From positions 10,296 to 74,295 of the forward strand of contig SIBH01000001.1 in the NCBI GenBank assembly GCA_009695285.1: 64,000 nucleotides of DNA. Direction: 5' to 3'. Positions 50,632 to 59,034 of this stretch are shown piece by piece; the first letter of the stretch is position 1; every line of letters begins with the position of its first letter. The translations under genes and the position numbers were made by a program. The notes under the pieces are model-generated. The model ran no database searches. It was not told where the DNA came from and saw only the letters and a list, made by a program, of their open reading frames with translations. This DNA comes from Pedosphaera sp. Lineage in GTDB: Bacteria > Verrucomicrobiota > Verrucomicrobiia > Limisphaerales > SIBH01.

Positions 50632-51981
50632 TTATGGTGAAATCCCGCGCCGCGGCCGGGAGACGGTCCGTGTCGGAGCGCGCGCGACCGCCAAGAGCCC
50701 CGGCTGTTTGCGCGCCACATCCGTTGCTTTCAATGAGGCCTGGGCTGCGATCTTGTGAGCGCCCACCGCCTGAGCCTCGGCCATCAGCGGATGGTCGAAC
50801 GCGGTGGCATAGGCCGCCAGCGTCCCGCGTCCCAGCCGCAGCCGTTCGCCCGCTTTGCGCCAACCACTGATTGCCTGGATGACTTCGCGCAGGATGGCTT
50901 TGGCGGCCTTCCGCTCGAGGTCAAAGTGCGGCGCCGCGGCCAACGCTCCCTCGATCGAAGGCGCGGCCCCCGAGTTCTCAATGGCCGTTTGGGCGAGAGT
51001 CACGCGATCAATCGCCGGCACCGGGTTGAGATCGTAGGCTGGCGAGAGCGCCCATTTGCCGGGGGCCCGGAGGAGAAAGCCATGATTACGCATGTGGTCG
51101 TCATGATTGCTGACGAGGAGCGAAAAGACCATGCGCCGCCACAACTCCCGCAGGTCGCCGGACACGTCATGTCCGTGCTGGCGGATGCCGTCGGCCAATT
51201 GGATATAGGAACCCGCGACTCCCGGTGCCAAACTCAGCAGGGTGGACGCCGAGACAAAGGGAACCCGTTCCGCTCCCGCCCGGTCGAACCGCGTGATGAC
51301 GGCGACGTGCCGGTCCGCGGCCTTCACCAATTGGTGACCGGCCGTGGTGATGCCCGCTGCGCGGGCCAGGGTGAGGGCGAGGATTTCGCCACCGACGATG
51401 TCCCGCGTGTCATCGGGTTTCGGAAACTTCGCGATCGCCAAGGTAAGGTCCGGCAGGACGATGGCGGACTTCGGGCGGGCGCCGCCGAGCGGGGAACCCA
51501 CCCCCAGGAGGAAACGCAGGTCTTGCGCCGTTTCGGTCTCGTGATGGATCGCGTCCGCTGCCGCGACAAGGGCGCCCAAGCGCAGAACAGGAGGCAGCCG
51601 GCCGTCGCCCTCGGCCAGGAAATTCCCGCCACCCACCCGCCGGAAACGCAAGGCACCGATCCGGGAAAAATCTTCGAGTGCGAGCACATAGTCGAGGTCC
51701 CGGTAAGGCTTCGCCTCCAGCACGCGCTTGCGCACCGCCCGCTCGATCAGGACGCGGCCCCACCGGTCGGGACCGCAATCCTGCATGGCGCCGAACAAGG
51801 CCGGCGCATGATACTGCCCCGCCCGTAGCGGCAGCGCGATGGGATCAATGGCAAACGCTCCCGGCCGCGCCAGCCACTCCCGGTCGTATTCGAAGGTCAC
51901 TGCGGCGCTCTGGTCTGCGGGATAAAGGCGCCCGGCCAAAATCGTGCGTTGCTGCCAGTCGATATGGACTTCAATGTTCAT
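50632..51981 (-). CDS. hipA: HipA-family serine/threonine kinase toxin
   Basis: 449 aa with SPLGGARPKSAI, the catalytic loop SNHDDHMRNHGFL and LSPAYDLNP. 4-nt overlap with the upstream HTH gene. Confidence 0.9.
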   Translation of the reverse strand: MNIEVHIDWQQRTILAGRLYPADQSAAVTFEYDREWLARPGAFAIDPIALPLRAGQYHAPALFGAMQDCGPDRWGRVLIERAVRKRVLEAKPYRDLDYVLALEDFSRIGALRFRRVGGGNFLAEGDGRLPPVLRLGALVAAADAIHHETETAQDLRFLLGVGSPLGGARPKSAIVLPDLTLAIAKFPKPDDTRDIVGGEILALTLARAAGITTAGHQLVKAADRHVAVITRFDRAGAERVPFVSASTLLSLAPGVAGSYIQLADGIRQHGHDVSGDLRELWRRMVFSLLVSNHDDHMRNHGFLLRAPGKWALSPAYDLNPVPAIDRVTLAQTAIENSGAAPSIEGALAAAPHFDLERKAAKAILREVIQAISGWRKAGERLRLGRGTLAAYATAFDHPLMAEAQAVGAHKIAAQASLKATDVARKQPGLLAVARAPTRTVSRPRRGISP

Positions 51982-52292
51982 GGCCGGATTCGGTGGATGC
52001 GCTGCGGTAGCCGGCGTTCATCCAGGGCCAGCCCCAACTCGTCGCTCGCTGGCGCAGCCAGCAATGCGAGCCGCTCGTGCAGCTGCAGGATAAAAGCTGC
52101 AGTCGCGAGCGTGCCCAAGGCGACCGTCGGGTCGCCGCGTTCCAACCGCCAAAGCGTGTCGCGGCTGACGAACAGTCGCGACGCCATGTCCGCCGTCGAG
52201 ATTCCCCTCTTGCGCCGGGCAAGCGCGAGGTCACGGCCCAGACGGCGCAGCGCGCTGGTGGCGGGAGCAGGAATGGTGACAGTTTTGGGCAC
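51978..52292 (-). CDS. hipB: HipB-like XRE-family HTH antitoxin
   Basis: 104 aa with the HTH RKRGISTADMASRLFVSRDTLWRLERG. It lies immediately upstream of and overlaps hipA. Confidence 0.8.
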   Translation of the reverse strand: MPKTVTIPAPATSALRRLGRDLALARRKRGISTADMASRLFVSRDTLWRLERGDPTVALGTLATAAFILQLHERLALLAAPASDELGLALDERRLPQRIHRIRP

Positions 52293-52323
52293 TGGCTTAA
52301 GGTCGGTTATAGCTGACGTTATG

Positions 52324-53841
52324 TCAAGAGGCGTCAGATATAGCAGGCATAGTTTCGCCGGAGCGCATCGTATTGGGCAACGTGAATCCCGTATACGGCA
52401 GTTTTTTGAGCAGCGGCCGCCCCGTGCTCCGGGGATGCCGCACCACCGCCTTCCCCCCGGCCAGCGACAGAAACGCCGTTGCCTTGAACCACGGCTCGTC
52501 CGCCGGTTGCCAGTTTCGAGAAGTCCGACCGCTGCTCACCCCACCGCTGTATTTGCGGATCTCCCGGCCGCCTATCTTCTCGGAGAGAATCTTCGCGCCC
52601 TTCTCGTCGGCCGCCCGAAAATGAATCTGCGTGCGCAGGTTCGCCATGAACACATCAGCCTTCCGCTCGGTCTCGAAAGCCGCGTAAAGTGAAAGCGGCG
52701 TCTGGGTGGCGGAGATCAGGCACACGCCCGCCTCGCGCAGCTCGTCCACGGTCGCATGGTCGGAGAAACCATCCTCGGACACGAGCGTGGTTTTCTGGCC
52801 CTCGTCGAGCACCAGCACGATGACATTGCGGCGGCGCATTTCCTCCGGCTCCAGGTCGAAGCGCCGGAACGCATGCAGAAAAAAGAGCTGTTTGAAGAGA
52901 AGGTTCAGGTAGCGGCGTTCCACCTGATAGGTCTGCGGCACGGAAAGGCAGATGAGCCGGCCGGCATCGACCTCGGCCAAGGTGAAGTTGGGCGTCACCG
53001 AACAAACGACCGCGCGGATATCGGGCGGCGTGTAAGGCCGGAGGAAGTTGGCGACCGTGGAAACCGTGCCGCTTTTCTGCTCGGGCGGCTGCTCGGCGAA
53101 GTCCTTGAAATACTGTCTTTCCACGTTCGCCTCCGGGCTCGTCTGTTCGCCGAGCCGGGCCAGCAGGAGCGCCGTCTCGGTCGAGATGCAAATGGCGTCA
53201 TGGACATTGGCGAGCGTCACCGGCAGTTCCGCCAGTTCGAGCGCGTGCATCGCGTGGGTGATGACATCGCGGGCCGTTTCCTTGAAAAACGCCTGGCCAC
53301 CGCGCTGGCCGGCCGCGGTGGCGGTATCGACGATCATCTTGGCATATGTGCTCCACGGCACCGAGGCGTCGCCGAGAATATTGAGCTGCAGGGGTGGAGT
53401 CCATCTGGCCGGGGCAATGTGCGTCGGCCGCACCCGGATCAGCCGCAGGCTATCCTCTTGGCCCAATGCGCGGGCCATTGCCGCCAGCGGCTTCCACAGG
53501 GCACCCTTGGAGTCGACCGCCAGCACGCCGGTGTCCGGCAGCGTCGAGCGCAGACCGTGCATAATCGGGACCACCGCTCGCGCCGTCTTGCCCGTTCCCG
53601 TTGCGCCGGTGATGAAGAAATGGCAGCAGGTTTCGTCTCGGGTCCACTCCAGGCCCCACAACCGAAGCACCACGGCGCTCCTGCTTTCGCACTCAGCCAC
53701 AACGGCACAGAAGGAGAGCCACACGCCTGCGCTCGCCGCCAGCACCGGCAGCCAGTAGCCCAAGGGGGCCGGAACACTGCCCCGCACCCATAAGGCGACC
53801 GCAAAGCAGGAAAAAACCAGTCCAGCCGAACGCAGGTTCAC
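52324..53841 (-). CDS. Type IV coupling protein (VirD4/TraD/TraG family)
   Basis: 505 aa with two N-terminal TM helices, Walker A FFITGATGTGKTA and Walker B VIVLVLDEGQ. Confidence 0.85.
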   Translation of the reverse strand: MNLRSAGLVFSCFAVALWVRGSVPAPLGYWLPVLAASAGVWLSFCAVVAECESRSAVVLRLWGLEWTRDETCCHFFITGATGTGKTARAVVPIMHGLRSTLPDTGVLAVDSKGALWKPLAAMARALGQEDSLRLIRVRPTHIAPARWTPPLQLNILGDASVPWSTYAKMIVDTATAAGQRGGQAFFKETARDVITHAMHALELAELPVTLANVHDAICISTETALLLARLGEQTSPEANVERQYFKDFAEQPPEQKSGTVSTVANFLRPYTPPDIRAVVCSVTPNFTLAEVDAGRLICLSVPQTYQVERRYLNLLFKQLFFLHAFRRFDLEPEEMRRRNVIVLVLDEGQKTTLVSEDGFSDHATVDELREAGVCLISATQTPLSLYAAFETERKADVFMANLRTQIHFRAADEKGAKILSEKIGGREIRKYSGGVSSGRTSRNWQPADEPWFKATAFLSLAGGKAVVRHPRSTGRPLLKKLPYTGFTLPNTMRSGETMPAISDAS

Positions 53842-54311
53842 GCGAGGAGAACGATCACGGCCGAGAGCACGCCCAAGGTTACGCCCACGAGGAGTGCCGC
53901 GAGAAGTTGGCGGCGCTGCGACATCTGGAAGGTGCGGGCGAGCGGGGTCAGGGATTTCTCCAGGGCGTGAAGCTGGGCGAGCGCGTTGGCCAACGGGTGA
54001 GAGAGCTTGGCCTCAAGCTGCGCCTCCAGCTGGGCGGGCTTCTCCTCGAGCGCATCCTGCACCCCGGCGAGCGCCTCGTTGACGCCGGTCACGGTCTCAG
54101 CGGCTTCCGTGATCGCCTCAAGGCGGATGTCGAGGGCCGCCTTCAACTCCACAATGGCGGCTTTGAGCGTGTCCTCCGATTGCTTCACCCGCCGCCAATG
54201 CCAGGCCACGAGCAGATAGACCGGGTCGGTGGGATGCAGGTTGTGGTGCGCCGCCACCCACTTGAGGTCGTCGGGAAATTCCGCCGGGTCGAGCAGGTCC
54301 TCGGGCTTCAT
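53838..54311 (-). CDS. Hypothetical coiled-coil protein with a C-terminal TM anchor
   Basis: 157 aa with 4-nt overlaps on both sides, heptad-like Ala/Leu/Glu repeats and the terminal helix LLAALLVGVTLGVLSAVIVLLA. Confidence 0.6.
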   Translation of the reverse strand: MKPEDLLDPAEFPDDLKWVAAHHNLHPTDPVYLLVAWHWRRVKQSEDTLKAAIVELKAALDIRLEAITEAAETVTGVNEALAGVQDALEEKPAQLEAQLEAKLSHPLANALAQLHALEKSLTPLARTFQMSQRRQLLAALLVGVTLGVLSAVIVLLA

Positions 54312-55009
54312 GGGATGAGCAGGGCTCCCGCCTTGCCGAATTCCTCCTGCATCCGGGCGTGGAAACGGATGCAGCGCGAGCGGTCGAGGAGGTGAAGTTC
54401 GTCCGCGCTCCGCCCGCGGCCCACGGTGAGATTGGCCGTCTGGAGCCGGTTCCGGGTGACCTCGGCCAGACAGGGCACATCGATCTCCACGGCCTGCAGT
54501 TCCGCCAGCCGTTGCCGCGCCTTGCTCTGGGCGAACAGGTCAAGGCTTTCGCCATCGCGGAGATTGCGGACCACAAGCCAGCTCACCCGCCGGCCATGCG
54601 AGTCGAGCAGCTCCGCAATCTGCGAGTTGGCGTCCTTGTCGTCGGTCGCGATCACGATGAAGACAATGGCACAGTCGAGTTCCTCCTGGAGTTCGGGCAG
54701 GCGGGTTTCATCGAGGTAGGCGAGGATCTTGCTGCCGCCGGAGGCCCGGTTGTCCGCCAACACGATGTCGGTCTCGGGCAGCGTATGAACAATCCGGTCG
54801 AGAACCCCGAGCTTGTCGGCATCCACGTCGGTGTTGATGAACTCGGTCCCGGGCACCAGCCGGTAGAAGGTGGAATTGGCGTGGTCGAGGTCGAACGCCC
54901 GCACCCGGAGGCCGGCGTCGACATAGTAGTCATGGAGCAAAGTGGCGACAAAGCTCTTGCCGATGCCGCCCTTGTCTTGGGGAAAGAGGATGATGCGCTT
55001 GGTCGGCAT
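54308..55009 (-). CDS. ParA/MinD-like deviant Walker-A ATPase
   Basis: N-terminal ILFPQDKGGIGKSFVATLL. 233 aa. Confidence 0.75.
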   Translation of the reverse strand: MPTKRIILFPQDKGGIGKSFVATLLHDYYVDAGLRVRAFDLDHANSTFYRLVPGTEFINTDVDADKLGVLDRIVHTLPETDIVLADNRASGGSKILAYLDETRLPELQEELDCAIVFIVIATDDKDANSQIAELLDSHGRRVSWLVVRNLRDGESLDLFAQSKARQRLAELQAVEIDVPCLAEVTRNRLQTANLTVGRGRSADELHLLDRSRCIRFHARMQEEFGKAGALLIP

Positions 55010-55011
55010 GG

Positions 55012-55389
55012 TCAGTAGTCGTCGCGGGCAACCTTTGGTCCGCGTTTGCCCGGCGTCACCGGAGCCGCCGGGTTCGCGACCGCGAAGAGCCCCCCGGAGC
55101 TCGGAGCGGTCGCGGCCGGTCCTTTGGCCGTCTCAGTTCCGAGCCGGTGACGTTCCCGCAGAATCTCCGACTTGGTCAAGGTCCGGCGGCAAAAGACGCC
55201 AATTGCGGTCGGAGAGGTCTTGAGCCCATGCGTGGTCAGCGCAGCGGCGATCTGTTCGTAGCTCATGAACTTGGCCCGCCACAGGAGTAACACGTCCCGA
55301 TAGGGCGCCAAGAGGCTCCGGTTGTGGGCGGTCGGGTCATAGCGTCGGGCGTCGTCCATCAGGCGGGTGTGCAGCTCAGTAGTATCCAT
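55012..55389 (-). CDS. Hypothetical small protein next to oriT (possible relaxosome/DNA-binding accessory)
   Basis: ORF with ATG at 55387-55389 (the track start at 55395 is a TTG). It has a helix-turn-helix-like segment YEQIAAALTTHGLKTSPTAIGVFCRR. The function is inferred from position only. Confidence 0.5.
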   Translation of the reverse strand: MDTTELHTRLMDDARRYDPTAHNRSLLAPYRDVLLLWRAKFMSYEQIAAALTTHGLKTSPTAIGVFCRRTLTKSEILRERHRLGTETAKGPAATAPSSGGLFAVANPAAPVTPGKRGPKVARDDY

Positions 55390-55391
55390 TT

Positions 55392-55421
55392 CCAATATAT
55401 ATATTGGCGTATGGGTTTAAG
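55392..55421. promoter_or_regulatory. Candidate oriT core: perfect 16-bp palindrome CCAATATATATATTGG followed directly by CGTATGGGTTTAAG
   Basis: Read directly (palindrome 55392-55407, 14-mer 55408-55421). A hairpin immediately 5' of a conserved single-strand segment is the architecture of MOBF-type nic regions. It lies in the 312-bp gap upstream of the relaxase gene. Confidence 0.45.
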
Positions 55422-55452
55422 TAAAACCAAAAGTGGCGACTGCCTCAGTAAT

Positions 55453-55496
55453 CGGTGGGTGTTCGGTGGGCGACCGGTGGGTGACCGGTGGGTGGC
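55453..55496. repeat. Four tandem 11-bp direct repeats CGGTGGG(T/C)G(NN) (iteron-like)
   Basis: cggtgggtgtt / cggtgggcgac / cggtgggtgac / cggtgggtggc, read directly, one copy per helical turn. Confidence 0.8.
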
Positions 55497-55687
55497 GGAG
55501 CGACATCCTCCTAACGGACGTTAGGGGTGGCGTGTTCCATCTTGTATAGGTAGAGGGTGCGGCTGGTGCCGCCCTGTTTCAGTCTGTGGGTTATGTTCAT
55601 ATTCCTGTGATTTGGTTGTGCCGGATGGATCACTCAGATTGTGGTTTGAAAGTCGGCTAAGACTTATTTTGGCGTTTAGGCTGGATA

Positions 55688-55702
55688 GCGTATGGGTTTA
55701 AG
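55688..55702. repeat. Second exact copy of the 15-mer GCGTATGGGTTTAAG (first copy 55407-55421)
   Basis: Exact 15/15 direct repeat 281 bp apart. This copy ends 6 nt before the relaxase ORF start. Confidence 0.8.
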
Positions 55703-55707
55703 ACAGT

Positions 55708-58368
55708 GTGTTGGGCATGGTCAGATTCGATAAACCCTGTGTCGTTGTGAAAGGTGCCGTGGATTATTTCCGCGAGCACATGGCTGTGGGTGATTACCTG
55801 ACCCAGGAGGGTCGGGCGGAAATGACTTGGATGGGTGCCGGGGCGGAAAGGCTGGGCCTGGCGGGCTGCTGCCAGTTGGAACATTTCGAGAATCTCTGCC
55901 GGGGATTGCATCCCGTGACCGGGGAGAAGCTGATGATCCGGGACAAAGGCCCGCACCGGCGGGTTTGCTTTTTCGGGCAGGTCTCCCCGCCCAAGGATGT
56001 GTCGCTCCTCTATCTTGTGGGTGGCGACCAACGGATCGGCGGCTGGTGGCAGGAGGCCGTGAAGGACACCTTGCGGGAAATGGAAGCTACGACCGCAACC
56101 CGCGTCCGGCGGGGCGGCGCGAACAGCGACCGGACCACAGGCAACATGGTCGCTGCCATTGTCACCCACGATGCCAGCCGTTCCCTCGATCCCCAATTGC
56201 ACACCCATGTGTGCATCATGAACCTGACCTATGATGAGGCGGAGGCCCGTTGGAAAGGCGTCCAGCCGTCGGCTTATTACCGGCATCAGGGGTATTTCCG
56301 CGAAGTCTGCTACAACAAGCTGGCCCAGCGGATGCTGGGCGCGGGCTACACCGTGGAGGCCGTGCGGGGCTTGGGCTTCAACCTCAAGGGAGTCCCGGCA
56401 GAGCTGCGCGAGCGGTTCAGTAAACGGAGGCGAACGATCCTCGAACGGGCCAAGGCGGTTGGAGCGACCACCCAAGACGCACTGCATGCCATCACCGGCG
56501 AAAGCCGCGAGGCGAAGACGCACGCGACCGCGGTCGACCTGCGCAAGGGGTGGCTGAAGGAGGCCGGAGCTGAATTGCCCCAATTGCGCGCGACCGTGGC
56601 CGCCGCCGCTGGGCGGCCCTCACCGTCCACTCCGGTTGCACCCTTGGATGCCGTCCTTTCGGCGGAGGCTCATGTTTTTGAGCGCAAGTCGGTCGTGGAT
56701 GACCGGCTGCTCCTGCGCGAAGCCCTCATCGCGGGCCGCGCCCAAGTCACCTTGGAAGGATTGAAGCGGGCCTTGGCCTCCCGGGAACGCTCCGGCGAGC
56801 TGCTCCGCGCCGACGGCGAAATCGCCTCGCGCGCCGGCTTGGCGGCCGAGGCGGAGTTCACCGGTTGGGCCAATGGCCAACTGAAGCGCCGCGCGGCGCT
56901 GGGCAAGGTGCCCGGAGGTGTGAAGCTCGCGGCCGACCAGGCTGCCGCCGTCCGGGACATCCTCGGTTCTTTCTCCGGTGTGGTTATGCTGCAGGGTGAC
57001 GCGGGGACCGGGAAGACGACCTGCCTAAAGACGGTGGTGGCCGGCATTGAAAAGGCCGGCGGACGAGTGTTTGGCTGCGCGCCTTCGTCGGGGGCCACGG
57101 AAGTGCTGCGGCAGGAACTGACGGCGGACGCGGACACGCTCCAGCAACTGCTGGTGAGCGAAGCCTTGCAGCGGTCCACCCGTGGCCGGGTCCTGCTGGT
57201 GGACGAGGCCGGACTCGTTTCAGTGCGCGAGATGCGCGAACTCTGCCGACTCGCCGCCCGCAACGACAACCGCCTCCTGCTGGTTGGCGACATCAAGCAG
57301 CACAGTTCCGTCGAGGCCGGCGATGCCCTGCGCTGCTTGCAGGAGTTTGCCCGGGTGCCGGTATTTCAATTGACCGAGATCCGGCGGCAGGTGGACCCGG
57401 CCTACCGCAAAGCGGTGGCCCGGCTGGCGCGGGGCGACGCCTTCGGCGCATTCAACCTGTTCAACCAGCTCGGCGCCGTGCGGGAGGTCCGCGACCTGCC
57501 CGCCATGTTCGCCGCCGCGGCCGATGACTACGTGCGCACGGTGCGCTCCGGCAAGTCGTGTCTGGCGATTTCGCCGGTCTGGTCGGAGATCCACCAGTTC
57601 ACGGACGAGGTCCGCCGGCAATTGCGGGCGGCCGCGCTGATCGCCCGGGACGAACGCACTTACGTCACAGTCGATTCCCTGAAATGGACGCAGGAGGAGC
57701 GCCGCCGCGTCGTGAACTACCAGCCCGGTGATGTGCTCAGTTTCCACCGGGCCTACGGAGCATTTTCCAAATACGACACCGTTACAGTCGTTCGCCGCGA
57801 GGATCGGTTCCTCGTGGTGCGTGAGGCGGACGGCAACGAACGACAGATCGACCCCCGCCGAGCCAGCGGGTTCAACGTCGGGCTCGCCAAGGAAACCCCC
57901 GTCGCCGTCGGGGATCGGTTGCTCTTGCGCGCCAACCTCAAGCCGGTGGGCGTGCGGAACGGCGACTTGGTCGAGGTGGCGGGCTTTGCGTCGGATGGCG
58001 GCATCGTCCTGAAGGACGGCCGCAGTTTGCCGGACTGGTTCCGCGAGTTTTCTCATGGCTACGCGGCCACCTCGCACGCCTCACAGGGCAAGACGGTGGA
58101 TCGCGGCATCCTGCTCATGGCCGACGCGGGCATCACCGGTGGCAACCTGAAGCAGGCGTATGTCAGCAATTCCCGGTTCCGCGAAAGCCAGATGATCTTC
58201 ACTTCCGACAAAGAGGCCGCCCGCGACGCGATGATGCGGCCCGCCGACCGCAAGCTCGCCCTCGAAATGACGGGGCCGGATCCCGAGGCCGCTCCTTCGC
58301 CCCGGCGGTCGTGGCGCGCGCGGTGGGCCGCGCGCATCGCTCCGCTGCTCCTGGCCGCCGCCGCATGA
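55708..58368 (+). CDS. MOBF-family (TrwC/TraI-like) relaxase fused to a RecD-like helicase
   Basis: 886 aa. The N-terminal Tyr region is AVDYFREHMAVGDYL and the 3-His motif is THDASRSLDPQLHTHVCIMN. The helicase Walker A is LQGDAGTGKTT. The track start is GTG 55708; ATG 55717 is also possible. Confidence 0.9.
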   Translation: MLGMVRFDKPCVVVKGAVDYFREHMAVGDYLTQEGRAEMTWMGAGAERLGLAGCCQLEHFENLCRGLHPVTGEKLMIRDKGPHRRVCFFGQVSPPKDVSLLYLVGGDQRIGGWWQEAVKDTLREMEATTATRVRRGGANSDRTTGNMVAAIVTHDASRSLDPQLHTHVCIMNLTYDEAEARWKGVQPSAYYRHQGYFREVCYNKLAQRMLGAGYTVEAVRGLGFNLKGVPAELRERFSKRRRTILERAKAVGATTQDALHAITGESREAKTHATAVDLRKGWLKEAGAELPQLRATVAAAAGRPSPSTPVAPLDAVLSAEAHVFERKSVVDDRLLLREALIAGRAQVTLEGLKRALASRERSGELLRADGEIASRAGLAAEAEFTGWANGQLKRRAALGKVPGGVKLAADQAAAVRDILGSFSGVVMLQGDAGTGKTTCLKTVVAGIEKAGGRVFGCAPSSGATEVLRQELTADADTLQQLLVSEALQRSTRGRVLLVDEAGLVSVREMRELCRLAARNDNRLLLVGDIKQHSSVEAGDALRCLQEFARVPVFQLTEIRRQVDPAYRKAVARLARGDAFGAFNLFNQLGAVREVRDLPAMFAAAADDYVRTVRSGKSCLAISPVWSEIHQFTDEVRRQLRAAALIARDERTYVTVDSLKWTQEERRRVVNYQPGDVLSFHRAYGAFSKYDTVTVVRREDRFLVVREADGNERQIDPRRASGFNVGLAKETPVAVGDRLLLRANLKPVGVRNGDLVEVAGFASDGGIVLKDGRSLPDWFREFSHGYAATSHASQGKTVDRGILLMADAGITGGNLKQAYVSNSRFRESQMIFTSDKEAARDAMMRPADRKLALEMTGPDPEAAPSPRRSWRARWAARIAPLLLAAAA

Positions 58369-58718
58369 GCATCGAACCGCATCCCGGGAAAAAGCCGCTC
58401 GTCCGGCCGTCGCCGCCGAGTTGGGGCGAAATCGCGCCCGACGGCCAGACCGCGCTTGTGGTGCGATTTGCCCTCGGGGACCGCGTGGTAACGTTTCCTG
58501 CGGCTGAATTCAAACGGTGGGAGCACGCGGCGGGCGAACCGGAGCTGCTGACGATCAGCACCGGAAAGGAACAGATCGTCATCGAGGGCCGCGAGCTGGC
58601 GGAGGTTCGCGCTGCGTTGGACCTCGGCCGGCTCTGCGAACTGCGGGTGAATTACTCGCGTTCGGCTGGCGTGCGGCCCGGTCCCCGGGTGCGACAAATC
58701 ACGATTGAACCGGCATGA
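58365..58718 (+). CDS. Hypothetical protein downstream of relaxase
   Basis: Start ATG 58365 (ATGA overlap with the relaxase stop). 117 aa with protein-like composition. No family was recognised. Confidence 0.55.
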   Translation: MSIEPHPGKKPLVRPSPPSWGEIAPDGQTALVVRFALGDRVVTFPAAEFKRWEHAAGEPELLTISTGKEQIVIEGRELAEVRAALDLGRLCELRVNYSRSAGVRPGPRVRQITIEPA

Positions 58719-58776
58719 CGCATGGCTGCACTATCCCGCCCAGACGACCAGCTCGATTTCCTGGCGCACCTTCACC

Positions 58777-59034
58777 ATGAGCGCACTCCTTTCTTACGGC
58801 CAGATGGCGGAAAAGCACTGGCGGGAGCATTGCCCGCGTCTGGTCAAAGAACTGGAGACGGAGAACCGTCTCCAGCCGGCGCTGGTGGAGGCGCAGGAGC
58901 GGACGGCAGCGGACATGGACCGACTGATCCAGCAATTCCGGCGGCAGGGGCTGACACCGCAACAGGCGCACGATCAGGCGTGGGAGCTGATCCGGGAGAA
59001 ATATATTCTGCTCCCGCCGGAGCGCTCGAAGTAG
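58777..59034 (+). CDS. Hypothetical small helical protein
   Basis: Start MSALLSYGQMAEKHW.. at 58777. 85 aa, charged and helical. Confidence 0.5.
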   Translation: MSALLSYGQMAEKHWREHCPRLVKELETENRLQPALVEAQERTAADMDRLIQQFRRQGLTPQQAHDQAWELIREKYILLPPERSK

